Origin: Pristiophorus japonicus
Taxonomy: Eukaryota
Direction of reading: 5' to 3'
Assembly: GCF_044704955.1 (NCBI RefSeq)
Contig: NC_091977.1
Location: forward strand, 542,376,001 to 542,440,000
Length of the DNA stretch: 64,000 nt
The translations under genes and the position numbers were made by a program. How positions within the stretch are numbered: the first letter of the stretch is position 1; each line of letters begins with the position of its first letter. Below the pieces are notes generated by a model. That model saw nothing but the letters and a program-made list of their open reading frames with translations. It had not been told where the DNA came from and searched no databases. Of the stretch, positions 40,371 through 54,244 are shown piece after piece.

Positions 40371-43300
40371 TGTCGTGTATCCTACATGGGCACTGTTGGT
40401 ACTATCACAAGGTGGGTCACCAGGGGGCACTGCAGTGGGAGACTTGTAGGTTACCTGTACAGGTGTGCCTGGCCTCGAATAAAAGGCAGGCCACCAGGTG
40501 TGATCCTCACTCTGGAGTTAACAAATAAAGAACTAAGGTCACTACAGTTCAAATACAACACATTGCCTTGTGGAGTCATTACTAAGGACACAACAACTGG
40601 CGACGAGGTTACGCACTTTCACGCGAAAATGGCTACCCTTGGTACATTGCAGCAGTTCACCAATGGTGATGATTGGGACGCCTGTGTGGAGAGGCTCACC
40701 CATTTCTTCACAGCATGTGACCTGGCAGGAGATGACCCGGCCACATTGGCTGATAAGCGCAGAGCTATCTTGCTAACCAGTTGTGGGCCCAACATCTCGT
40801 CAGGGACTTGCTGGCACCAGCGAAGACAACGACCAAGACGTACAAGGAGCTCATAAACCTGGTCCAGGAGCAACTCAAGCCCAAGGAGAGTATCCTCACA
40901 GCCAGACACCGGTTCTATACCCACCGACAGCCCGAAGGCCAGGAAATCGCGAAATACGCCGCAGACCTCAGGAGGTTGGCGGCACTGTGTGAGCTCGGCA
41001 ATCAACTCGACGAAGCACTGCGGGACATTGTTGTCATTGGAATCGGCCACGAGGGCCTTCTTCACAAGCTACTGTCAGTGGATATCACAGTCACACTGCA
41101 GAAGGCCATCTCCGTGAGCCAGGCATTCATGATCTCGACCTGTGGCTCTAGGCAGATGTCTCATCCTCAGGACTCAAACCCGGCAGGTACTGTGCACAGA
41201 GTGGTGCCGATAGAGGCTGGACTGTCGAGTGTGAACCCTCTCAGGGAAGAGAGAACAGGCCCCCGTGTCCCTTAACTCAGAGTACGCCGAGGGGGGTTTA
41301 ATTGAGTAGCTCCATGCTGGCGTTGCGGAGGGAATCACAGGGCTCACCAGTGCCACTGTAAAGACTATGTGTGTAAAGGCTGCAGCACAAAGGGCCACCT
41401 CCAGGGAATGTGTAAGAGAAATATGACTCACCGTGTCGATGAAGAGTCTGCAGATGGCCATGAGTCCAGCGCGGATTATGAATCGATAGGCAGAGAGGCA
41501 GCTCAGCCCCACAATGAGGTACACAACATGTTTACCTGCACCACCGAGTGTTCCCCGTTGAGGATGGAAGTTGAGATAAATGGTGTTCCAGTCTTCATGG
41601 AAGTGGACACGATGGCGAGCCAGTCAGTGATGAATCAGGAAGCCTTTGAGAGTCTATGGGACAATCAGGCTGAACGACCAGAGTTGGTCCCAGTTCAGGC
41701 AAAGCTGCGCACCTACACCGATGAACTTATCCCAGTCGTTGGTAGTGTGAATGTAAAGGTACTCCATGATGGCGCGGTGCACAAGTTACCCCTGTGGATT
41801 GTTGCAGGCGATGGACCAACGCTGCTCGGCAGAAGTTGGATGGAGAAGATCCTTTGGAAGTGGGAAGACTTCATCCCTCCAGCGATTGACGTCCTCTGCA
41901 CTCAGAGGCAAAGCAAGCCCCCACCCGAGGGTGGACCCGGCATCGGAGAGCAGACCAGCACAGCACCCGAGGCACAGACCGCTCAGCACGACTGTGTGGA
42001 GATGGTCCAGCTGAGACGACCCAAATGCACCTTCCAGGCTCCAGTGGCAGGACTCCGGAGGAAGAAAATCGGATCCAAAGGCGACTTCCCAGCTTCGGTG
42101 GCAGAACCCGGGGAGAAGAGGATCACCGCAGTCGACATCGTGGATGGAGGAAAGATGGCGCCCAGACCACGAGGCAAGGCGCTGATGGAGCAACACGTGG
42201 AACCAAACGGAGAAGAGGATTGGGGTAGAGATAGCAAGGCTCTCTTAAAGGAGACCTGCAACCCACCTCACTTAAAGGGACAGTGCCACACACTTAAGCA
42301 ATGTAATAGCAACTGTAAGTGAGAGACAAAATGTGTAATTGATCATGTAAAATGTGTATTTGATGATCTGAATTGTGCACATGCAAAAGTCACGCGATCG
42401 TGATCGGACTCACAGAGTGTGTCCATCATAAGTCAGGAAAAGTTGTGCGATGTAGGTTTTCAAACGTACGCAGCCAATGCAGCGGGCAGACCCCCATCGG
42501 GAGCACACAGGTCCAGCGAGCTACCCAATGCTGTAGCCTGTGTCCCGGGTTCCAGAATCATGCATCATGGAGTGTGGCCACAAGCAGCCAATACACACGC
42601 AGAGCAAGCGATCCCAGCAGGGCCATGCCACCAGTATCGATACCCTGCCCCTGATCAGCTCCACCTCTCAGGCACCCGATGGCACCAACCACCAGGAGCC
42701 TGAAAGAGCAGACTATGCTAAGGCACAGTCCCCAGACCCCATCGCCACCAAGGTCATACCCGTAAACGAAGGGTCACCCACCACAGTTCCCCCAAAGGGG
42801 ACCGGGACCAGCCAGGATCCCAAACCAAACAATGCCCAGGGCAGTGAGTCAGCAGTCCCCTGTGCACTGCTCGACGACAGATCCTCAGAGAGCAGCAGTG
42901 ACTCAGGGCGCAAAGTAAGGACAGGGAGTTCACAGGCATCCGTGAACCAGCCCGACGCTAGTGACCACGGCAACAGCCCCGAGAGCGGGCTACGCGAGCC
43001 AACCGGGTTCCCACTGCCAGCACCGGGCACTGAGCCGCTACCAGACGGCAGGGACACCACCCAGCAGCTCTGGAACTAGTTTGTCCTCACGCACCGGTCA
43101 CTGTATCGACAAGGCATCTCACCGGTCTAACGTACTTGTCTCACAACGGAACCACAAATGTAATGCAAACCTGTTTTCCTGAACTTGAATGTACATGAAC
43201 GATATGAGCCTCCGGCGTAATTGATGTTGGTCGGGTGGGGTGGGTAGAGAATGGAGAGGTCAGGGACACACACAAACAGCAACCACCAGCACTCTACTGC

Positions 43301-43656
43301 ACCAACCACTCACCCGAGATTGAAACGACCTGCCAAGGGTCAATCAGACAGAGCCCAGATAGAGCTAAGCCCAGAGCACAGTCAATGCAAAGGCGATTTG
43401 CACTGAGGGCTCAGGGGGGAGTGATGTCATGTATCCTACACATTACTCTTGGTACTATCACAAGGTGTGCCACCAGGGGGCACCGCAGTGGGAGACTCGT
43501 GGGTTACCTGTACAGGTGTGCCTGGCCTAGTATAAAAGGCAGGCCACCAGGTGTGATCCTCACTCTGGAGCTATCAATAAAGGGCTAAGGTCACTACAGT
43601 TTAAGTACAACACATTGCCTCGTGGAGTCATTATCAGAGCATCGAAGGACTCAACA
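40371..43656 (+). mobile_element. Non-autonomous Gypsy; inverted copy of 10229-13487
   Basis: LTRs at 40371-40595 and 43425-43656, PBS about 40598, PPT about 43413. Confidence 0.88.
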
Positions 43657-45199
43657 AATAGTATCGATGCATTTCAGGGGAAGCTGGACAAACACATAGA
43701 GGCTCAATTTTCTCCGGTCATTTGCGCCATTTTTTCTGACGTATTTATTATTTCCAAGTTTCCCCTTGGGATCTGTGCCGGTGTAACTGACTTAGTTACG
43801 ATTTTTCTAGGCCAGAATTTTTGATGCCATCGTTCCCTCATGTCTGCGTCGATTTTTTCAATTGTTGGCAGTTTGGCCAACATGTTTTCCTCCTAGGTCG
43901 GCGTATCTGGCCACTCCTGAAAAACCTTCTGGTGAGTTCAGGAAACCAGCGCACATTCACAAATCGCCGCTGTAGGACGCCATTGTTTCTCAAGCGAAGA
44001 TTTTGAAGGGAGTCAAAATCAATAATGAAGTTCAACTATCTTTTAACCTGTCAACGTAGCAGTGTAAATTTGTTGGATTTCAGAAGTTTTCTCATTCCTT
44101 TACTCACTCACACGCCACCAGCGAACATCTTGAAGCAGGGCTGGAGGGTCGTAGGTTTGGCCGGCAGATCAGCTCCGTGCCCAGACATGGTGGAAGTTGG
44201 GACATTGAATAAATTTAACCGATAAGGGAATAAGGGGTTATGGGGAACGGGCGGGGAAGTGGAGCTGAGTCCATGATCGGATCAGCCATGATCGTATTAA
44301 ATGGCGGGGCAGGCTCGAGGGGCTGTATGGCCTACTCCTGCTCCTATTTCTTATGTTCTAGAGGGATAGAAGGATACACCGATGGGGTGAGATAAAGAGG
44401 GGTGGGAGGTGACTTTTGTGGAGCTTAAGCTCCCTGGTGTTGGGCCGAATGGCCTGGGTTTTCTTTGCTGTAAATCCCAAACTAGTTAAAAAGTCAGCTG
44501 AGAGTTTGAAAGATTTGACGCAGACACTGAAAGGCTGGAGACCCTGGAACAGGCCTGAACATGGGCCAGCGAGATGGGAAAGCATTGCGAGACGGAGAGA
44601 GCCCAGGGGCAGGAACCTGTCCCAGCGTAAGCTGCAGCTACACTGCACATTCCATACCTTATATGGAAGGAACGTCAATGTGCAGAGACAGCAGTTCGGG
44701 CAACGAATGAAGGGGCAGGGGTTCGCTCACGGTGAGAGGTTTGGCGCGGGGGCAGGGATAGGGGGGAAACGGGACACCATGGCCCTTCCAGGGAACCGTT
44801 AGAACAGCCCAGCGGTTATGGTATCAGGCTCGAAGTCCAGAGCTGCTCGATACAAATCCCACCACGCCCGGTTGGAAATTCAATTCAATAATTCTGGGAA
44901 TCAGATTAAGCGGCGGTGAAAACTCTTTGATTGTCTTAAAAAAAACAAGTGGTTTGAATATTGTTCTCCAAGGGACGGGTTCCAGCCGACTCTGGGACTG
45001 CACCTGACTCCAGTCCGACTCCACACGGTTGTCTCTCGCTGTACACAGGGCCACTCGGGTAGGGTCAGACCTGAAACAATTGCCCACAGCCCCACAACAA
45101 AGGATATTACTGACGATTGTTACTGAGGGGGGCACCTTCCAGTTTACCCAGCCTCCAAGAGCACAGTCATTGCCAAATTAGCTTGATGGACAGGGTTAT

Positions 45200-45434
45200 T
45201 AAAACAAGAAAGCCTTGCATTTATATAGCACCTCAGGAAGTCCTTACGGCCAATGAGGTACTTTAGAAGTGTAGTCTCTGTTGTAATGTGGGAAACGCAG
45301 CAGCCAAATTGCGCACAGCAAGCTCCCACAAACAGCAATATGATAATGACCAGATAACCTGTTTAACTGATGCCCCAGGACACCGGGGAGAACTCCCCTG
45401 CTCTTCTTCAAAATACTGGTCTGGGATCTTTTAT
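45200..45434 (-). mobile_element. 3' half of a Deu-type SINE (inverted copy of about 8443-8680), cut by the gap
   Basis: Reverse-complement match. Confidence 0.75.
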
Positions 45435-45634
45435 NNNNNNNNNNNNNNNNNNNNNNNNNNNNNNNNNNNNNNNNNNNNNNNNNNNNNNNNNNNNNNNNNN
45501 NNNNNNNNNNNNNNNNNNNNNNNNNNNNNNNNNNNNNNNNNNNNNNNNNNNNNNNNNNNNNNNNNNNNNNNNNNNNNNNNNNNNNNNNNNNNNNNNNNNN
45601 NNNNNNNNNNNNNNNNNNNNNNNNNNNNNNNNNN
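45435..45634. other. Assembly gap (200 N, probably a placeholder size)
   Basis: Run of N. Confidence 0.99.
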
Positions 45635-45635
45635 C

Positions 45636-46438
45636 TATGATGGATCCGTTGGGAAGGATCACGGCCTGCATGTCGTCATGGAGCGGGCAGAGGATGGTGA
45701 TGAACTTTTGGGGGCATCCGAAACGGAGGAGGACGCTCCATAGACCCTCGCGGTTGACATGGTCTCGCTCACGGTCTACAGGGCTGTAATTATACCCGCC
45801 CTCCTGTATGGCTCAGAGACATGGACCATGTACAGTAGACACCTCAAGTCACTGGAGAAATACCACCAACGATGTCTCTGCAAGACCCTACAAATCCCCT
45901 GGGAGGACAGACACACCAACGTTAGCGTCCTCGACCAGGCCAACATCCCCAGCATCGAAGCACTGACCACACTCGATCAGCTCCGCTGGGCAGGCCACAT
46001 TGTTCACATGCCAGACACGAGACTCCCAAAGCAAGCGCTCTACTCGGAACTTCTTCATGGCATGTGAGCCCCAGGTGGGCAGAGGAAACGTTACAGGGAC
46101 ACCCTCAAAGCCTCCCTGATAAAGTGCAACATCCCCACCGACACCTGGGAGTCCCTGGCCAAAGACCGCCCTAAGTGGAGGAAGTGCATCCGGGAGGGCG
46201 CTGAGCACCTCGAGTCTCGTCACCGAGAGCATGCAGAAACCAAGCGCATGCAGAAACCAAGCGCAGGCAGCGGAAGGAGCGTGCGGCAAACCAGTCCCAC
46301 CCTCCCCTTCCCTCAACCACTGTCTGTCCCACCTGTGACAGAGACTGTAATTCCCGTATTGGACTGTTCAGTCACCTGAGAACTGGTGTGAGTGTGGGAA
46401 GCGAGTCGACTCTGAGGAACTGTCTAAGAAGAAGAGAA
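45636..46438. mobile_element. RTE LINE with the same inversion junction as 5426-6752, reverse-complemented
   Basis: Junction CGCGGTTGACATGGTCTCGCTCACGGTCTACAGGGC at about 45748-45784. Confidence 0.85.
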
Positions 46439-46484
46439 GAGATTACCTAATGGACATGACTCAATGCAGTGATGTTACAACGTG

Positions 46485-46738
46485 AGAAATAGGAGCAGGA
46501 GTCGGCCATACGGCCCCTCGAGCCTGCTCCACCATTTAATACCATCATGGCTGATCCGATCATGGACTCAGTTCCACTTCCCTGCCCCGCTCCCCATAAC
46601 CCCTTATCCCCTTATCGGTTAAGAAACTGTCTATCTCTGTTTTAAATTTATTCAATGTCCCGGCTTCCACAGCTCTCTGAGGCAGCGAATTCCACAGATT
46701 TACAACCCTCTGAGAGAAGAAATTCCTCCTTATCTCAG
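46485..46738 (-). mobile_element. CR1 3' end fragment
   Basis: CR1 3'UTR motifs. Confidence 0.82.
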
Positions 46739-47291
46739 TGGGCTAACATACTCATGTATGAACTAGACATATGCAGAGCATGTAATACTATCATGCTTGG
46801 ACCATGTGATTAACTCCATAAAAGATACAAGACGCTCCTTGGAGCCTGCGACTAGCCCTGGCAACACTGACTGGTGAAGTCACGAGCACATGTCAAAGCA
46901 TTTCTGATCAGTCTGTTGCACACAAGTTAGGTTCAGTCGCAACCTCACGGGCACTACGTGTAATGGGATGTGTATCATTGACTTGGCGAATAACAATATT
47001 AATCAGATATCTCAGTATTTGCTGTTCCTGGACTTTGTTTTTGAAGTCTGGAGAAGTGACTATCCTGTAAATACTCAACACCCAGGACTCAAACCCTCCA
47101 CCATCTCTCCCCGCCCATCTTCCTGTGATTAAAAAACCCTCCTGGGACCAAGGTATGGAATTAGCAAGTCAGCAGCCCCTGTCCCAGGAGCCGACATGCA
47201 GAGACCCTTTGAGTCATTGGTGTAAAAGGGAAGACCGAAGGTGATATTGTAAACGGGCCAATCCGGGATCAGTTCCGATCCCGACGGCACC

Positions 47292-47792
47292 TTAGAAGCA
47301 CTTGCGGTGGACTATGGAGGGCCCAGACTCATCCTATTCCTGCTTACTGATCCACATTTGCTGGAAGGTGGAGAGAGAAGCCAAGATGGATCCACACTGA
47401 ATACTTCCTCTCGGGCGGAGCAATGATCTTAATCTTCATTGTGCTCGGAGCCAAGGCTGTGATTTCCTTCTGCATCCGATCAGCGATACCGGGGTACATG
47501 GTGGTTCCACCAGACAAGACCGTGTTGGCGTACAGATCTTTCCTGATGTCTACATCACATTTCATGATGCTGTTGAAACAGGTCCCGTGGAGCCCAGAAG
47601 CTTCCATCCCAATGAAGGAGGGTTGGAAGAGGGTTTCTGGGCATCTGATGACTTGGCCATCAGGGAGCTCGTAACTTTTCTCCAAGGATGAGGAAGAGCC
47701 AGCCGTCTGCATCTCAGATTCAAAATCTAGGGCCACATAGGCAAGTTTCTCCTTGATGTCACGCACGATCTCCCTCTCGGCTGTGGTTGTGA
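47292..47792 (-). pseudogene. Actin D: truncated actin (residues about 201-375) with 21-nt and 8-nt deletions
   Basis: [23 protein letters not shown]..; lacks TIGNERF; frameshift after SVWI; original TAA at 47292-47294. Confidence 0.93.
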
Positions 47793-48171
47793 GGCCTTTC
47801 GAAGAATCCTCCAGCTCTTGCGTCATGTAGGCCGAGGTCAGGTCCAGCTTGGTGTACGTCTTCCCTCCAGCCAGGGTCGCAAATAGGTCGTCGGCCTTGG
47901 GTAGCGGGTACTGGTCCTGTAGCGAAAAACGATTAATCGTTACTTTATAGTCCCCACAAATTCTAAGCGTGCCGTCCTCTTTTAAGGACGACAATCGGAC
48001 TGGCCCACTCGTTGAATTCCACCGGCACTGCAGCCTGTCCAGCTCAATTTCCACTTTCACACGCATCATATACGGTACCACCCGTGCCTTGTGGTGGATG
48101 GGTCGCGTACCGGGAACCAAATGGATCTGCACTTTCGCCCCCGAGAAGCTTCCAATGCCTGGCTTGAACAA
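47344..48171 (-). other. Chimeric open frame: Gypsy RT N-terminal part fused to actin C-terminal half
   Basis: ..[20 protein letters not shown]|[13 protein letters not shown].. in a single 275-codon frame. Confidence 0.9.
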
Positions 48172-49679
48172 TGATGGAAACCTGCTTGGAACCTGGGCAC
48201 GAGGTCATCGACGGACGAGCGCGCTCGGATGTCATCCCAGTTTCAGCGGATTTTTCCCAGACAGCTTCTGCCAAACAATACGGGGCCATCCCCTGGCACA
48301 ATCCACAGCGGGCATTCGTGTACTGCTCCATCATAGGAGACCTTGACTTCTGCACTGCCAATTTCAGGGATTAGTTCCTTGGTGTAAGTCCTTAGTTTGG
48401 TATGAATGGGGCTGAGCTTGGGCCTGTGTGCCTATTTGCCCCACAGCCTGTTGAAGGCCTTTTTACTCATTATGGACTGACTCGCACCCGTGTCCAGTTC
48501 CATAGATACTGGAATTCCGTTCAGTTCAACCTTCAACATTATTGATGGTGAATGTGTGTGCCCCGTATTTTTCTGCCTCCTCGGTACGAGTCTCCAAGTC
48601 AGCCTGATCCACAGTGGATCGATCTTCCTCTGCAACATGGTGGTTTGCAGGGTTTACAGCTCACCTGCACATTCGCTGGAGGTGTCCCATTGTTCTGCAG
48701 TCGTTGCACACATAGAGCTTGAAGCGGCATTGATGGGGCCGATGATCACCTCCATAACGCCAACAAGGTGTTAACTGCCTCACATTAATGATTGATGGCG
48801 GACTCTGGGTCATCTGAGGTCGGGCAGCAGTAGCCGGTGTGTACGTTCTGCCGTGTATATTCCTGCTCGAGACCGACGTTACTTTGTGCACAGTACTGGC
48901 CGAAACCTCTTTACTCTGCGAAATCTGTTTGGTGTGGTCGCTGGTGGACATAAATGTCTGGGCCATCGTTATGGCTTTACTTAGATTTGGAGTTTCAACA
49001 AACAACAGTTTGCGAAGGATTACCTCATGGCCAATGCCCAGTACAAAAAAGTCTCGAAGCAGTTGTTCCAGGAATCCCTCAAACTCACAATGTCCTGTGA
49101 GGCGCCTTAGTTTGGTGACACAGCTCGCCACTTCCTGGCCCTCCGACCGTTGACACGTGTAGAACCGATATCTCGCCATCAAAACGCTTTCCTTAGGATT
49201 TAGGTGCTCCCGGACCAGCGTACACAGTTCTTCAAAGAATTTAGCTGTTGGTTTTACCGGAGCTAGGAGATTCTTCATGAGGCCATAGGTTGTTGCCCCA
49301 GAGAGCAAGGAGGATCGCCCTTCATTTGGCAGCGTTCTCATTCCCTTCCAGCTCACAAATATTGTTAGAGTCTCTCCACGAAGGCCTCCCAATCATCCCC
49401 TTCTGAGAACTTCTCCAGGATACCAACTGTTCTTTGCATTTTCGTGCGGCTGTTCATTACCTCGTCGCCAATTGTTACACTCATAATAAAGGCTGAAACT
49501 GCGTACTAGGAACAAGGAGCAAATGTGACCTTAGCTCTTTTAATAAGACTCCAGGTACGTCATGGGTGGCCTGCTTATATACAGTGATCCCAAGGGATGC
49601 TGGGATCCCTTGGGACTCCCAACAGGTAGGCCCTCGGGTGGTGGTGTAATACAGGTTACAAGGGGTTAAATACATAACA
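47789..49679 (-). mobile_element. Truncated Gypsy (5' LTR 49473-49679, PBS, gag, protease, start of RT); paralog of 21320-23186
   Basis: Reverse-complement match, including the same CR1 insertion flank. Confidence 0.92.
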
Positions 49680-50404
49680 CCCCTTTTTCTAGTCTCCCCC
49701 ATCAGTGGAAACATCCTCTCTGCATCCACCTTGTCAAGCCCCCTCAATCTTATACATTTTGATAAAATCACCTCTCATTCTTCTGAATTCCAATGACTGG
49801 AGGTCCAACCTACTCAACCTTTCCTCATAAGTCAACCCCCTCATCTCCGGAATCAACCGAGTGAACCTTCTCTGAACTGCCTCCAAAGCAAGTATATCCT
49901 TTCGTAAATATGGAAACCAAAACTGCACGCAGTATTCCAGGTGTGGCCTCACCAATACCCTGTATAGCTGTAGCAAGACTTCCCTGCTTTTATACTCCAT
50001 CCCCTTTGCAATAAAGGCCAAGATACCATTGGCCTTCCTGATCACTTGCTGTACCTGCATACTAACCTTTAGCGTTTCATGCACAAGTACCCCCAGGTCC
50101 CACTGTACTGCAGCACTTTGCAATCTTTCTCTATTTAATTAATAACTTGTCTTTGTTTTTTTTTCTGCCAAAATGCATGACCTCACACTTTCCAACATTA
50201 TACTCCATCTGCCAAATATTTGCCCACTCACTTAGTCTGTCTATGTCCTTTTGCAGATTTCTTGTGTCCTCCTCACACATTGCTTTTCCTCCCACCTTTG
50301 TATCGTCAGCAAACTTGGCTACGTTACACTCAGTCCCTTATTCCAAGTAGTTTATATAGATTGTAAATAGTTGGGGTCCCAGCACAGATCCCTGTGGCAC
50401 CCCA
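49680..50404 (-). mobile_element. CR1 RT fragment, paralog of 20598-21319
   Basis: Reverse-complement match. Confidence 0.9.
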
Positions 50405-50522
50405 AACAGGCAGCACAGGCTCGATGGGCACAATGGCCTGGTGCTGAATGATTCTATGGGAAAGAAAATCATGCACTCAGTATTCATTCATTCCATTGAA
50501 AGCAGTTATACACACACATGAT

Positions 50523-50546
50523 TTTATTGTTCAAATACATTTTATT
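50523..50546 (-). terminator. Tandem AATAAA signals of actin C
   Basis: TTTATT at 50523 and 50541. Confidence 0.65.
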
Positions 50547-51339
50547 AACTGTTGCAGAATGCTGGTCAGGTGGAAAATACAACACAAGATACTGACACCA
50601 AGGGGTTCCAGCAGAGGTTTGAAGCAAACAGCTCCCAGGAGAGAAGCCATCCCACCATTTCCCCATAAACCAGCACCATCCCATTCAAAGCCCCGATCGC
50701 CCCTCACTGACTCCTGCCATCACTCCAGCAATGTCTCAGGAGGGACAGACATTCAATATGAAGCCTCACAAAAAGACAAATTTACTCAGGTACAATGAAG
50801 GTCCAACCAAGGCTCAGACTGGAAACCATCCAGGAATGTTGGACCTGCTCAAGGGGGAGGAGATGTTGGGACTACAAGGCCACAAACCCAGTGGGGGAGG
50901 GGGTTTGAACAATTCAATATTACCAAAATCAAACTTTGAACCCTTCACTTTCTCCAAGGCCCATTATTGTTCTGGACTACCAGGATGGGAGAGAGTGAAT
51001 GAGATGGACATTTGGTCAATTTACAGTCTCGCAGGATAGTAAAGGGCTAAACCAAACCATTTCTCCCAGGTAACTCAGGCCTCAACAATTTTACAGCTCC
51101 AATAAAACATTAGGGTTGGTGAAGGGTTCCATCCCTTTAACTCTTCCTGTACCCAAGCCAACAGGCAGACCCTGAGAGAGTCGAGACTGATGATCTCAGT
51201 AACATGCAACGGCCCAAAACAAACTGAAAATGCAGAAAAGCCATCAGCCGGTCAGGCAGCATCTGTTGAGAATTTAAGAAAGGGGACATTTCAGGTATAA
51301 ATTACACAGGCCCAAATCAGTTCCGATCCCGACGGCATC

Positions 51340-52344
<1,005 letters not shown>

Positions 52345-52584
52345 CTAGAACGGGGAATAAAACATGCCACAGGAATTAGAGGAACCACTGAGAATTACAG
52401 AATAGCACAGCTCAGTATTATTCAATCTGACGCACTGCCCATCAGGCAAATCCAAAACACTCGTTGCACACAAAGGTTTGCCCCCATGTAACCTCTGCTT
52501 CCCTGGGCAATGACCAAATCTGTGCTTTCGGGTCCTCGAGCCTTCAGTCAAATGTGGTTTTAAATTCTATAAACGCAGCGAGTT

Positions 52585-53085
52585 ATTAAGAAATAGGAGC
52601 AGGAGTAGGCCATACGGCCCCTCGAGCCTGCTCCGCCAGTTAATACGATCATGGACGATCCGATCATGGACTCAGGTCCACTTCCCTGCCCACTCCCCAT
52701 AACCCCTTATCGGTTAAGGAACTGTCTAAAAATGTATTCAATGAACCAGCCTCCACAGCTCTGAGGCAGCGAATTCCACAGATTTACAACCCTCAGAAGA
52801 AATTCTTCCTCATTTCAGTTTTAAATGGGCGGCCCCTTATTCTAAGACCATGCCCCCTAGTTCTAGTCTCCCCCATCAGTGGAAACATCCTCTCTGCATC
52901 CACCTTGTCAAGCCCCCTCAATCTTATACGTTTCAATAAGATCACCTCTCATTCTTCTGAATTCCAATGAGTAGAGGCCCAACCTACTCAACCTTTCCTC
53001 ATAAGTCAACCCCCTCATCTCCAGAATCAACCTAGTGAACCTTCTCTGAACTGCCTCCAAAGCAAGTGTATACTTTCTTAAATAA
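52585..53085 (-). mobile_element. CR1 3' fragment in actin C intron 2
   Basis: CR1 ORF2 C-terminus and 3'UTR. Confidence 0.88.
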
Positions 53086-53299
53086 GCAAGATTGGTGATC
53101 AGGAACAATCTAACTGAAAGGGCTTTGGAAGCAGAATCAATAATAACTTTCAACAGGGAATTGGTTAATACTTGATGGGGATGACAATGTGAAAGTTTCC
53201 AGGGAAAGAGCAGGGTGAGGGGGATTAATGGAGTGACTCAAAGAGGCAGCACAGGCACAATGGGCCAAGTGGCCTCCTTCTGTGCCGTATCATTCTATG

Positions 53300-53649
53300 C
53301 GTTATATATGTAGACTAGATATACTGTGTGTAGTCACTGTATAGTTGCACAAGATGGAGACTTGTTACCTGATGTACTATCAATGAGGTTTACACTGTGT
53401 ATATACTATGCTGGCACCACTAGAGGGTGCAACTGGTGGAGACTGGGGTTTCTTGTCCCTGTGGCTAGAGTTGTCCACCAGAGGGTTCTATGGTGGGAGA
53501 CCTGCATAGCTGTTCAGGGCCCAGTATAAAAGGCTGCCCACCACACTTGTGCCTCTCTGGAGTTACAAATAAAAGGACCAAGGTCACTACAGTTTGAGTA
53601 GAACACATTGCCTCATGGAGTCATTTGTAAGTGCATTACAGACATAACA
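53300..53649 (+). mobile_element. Solo LTR, paralog of 34069-34422
   Basis: Direct match, TSD CTATG/GTATG. Confidence 0.85.
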
Positions 53650-53957
53650 GTATGATTCGATGATCAGGAGGATTCAAATTCTGCTCCCTCACGATGTGGA
53701 TGGTACACGCCCAGATCTGGGCGTTGGCTCGAATTCCATTGCAACAGGAACCATGAAGCTCTTGGGTTGAGCTTACTGCGAGATCAGAGAGAGGGAGGGG
53801 AAGAGAGAAAATTCAGACCTTGGATGGTCTGATGGGTTAGAGTCCAGGCGATGAGACAATTAAACCATTCCCCACACAACGCAAGAGGCACACTTATCCA
53901 TTGGCATCATTGGCAAGGTTAGCAACCGTTGCACATGAGTGGGACACGAAACAGGCC

Positions 53958-53990
<33 letters not shown>

Positions 53991-54043
53991 GGAAAGATTC
54001 TAAGCGGCTGACGTTCGATCCTTCACTTCTCCAATAAAGGGCT

Positions 54044-54244
54044 TGTTATGTATGTAACCCTATGTAATGTGTATCAGACCACCACCAGAGGGCATACATA
54101 TTGGAGTCCCAAGGGATCCCAGCATCCCTTGGGAGCACTATACAAGCAGGCCTCCCATTCGGTACCAACACTCGAGTTAGAATAAAGGAGTAAGGTCACA
54201 CTTATGCCAACAGTACTCCGTTACATTACTTGATGAACAAAGCA
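54044..54244 (+). mobile_element. Solo LTR, paralog of 34795-34986
   Basis: TGTTAT..AAGCA termini, TSD GGGCT/GGGTT. Confidence 0.85.
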
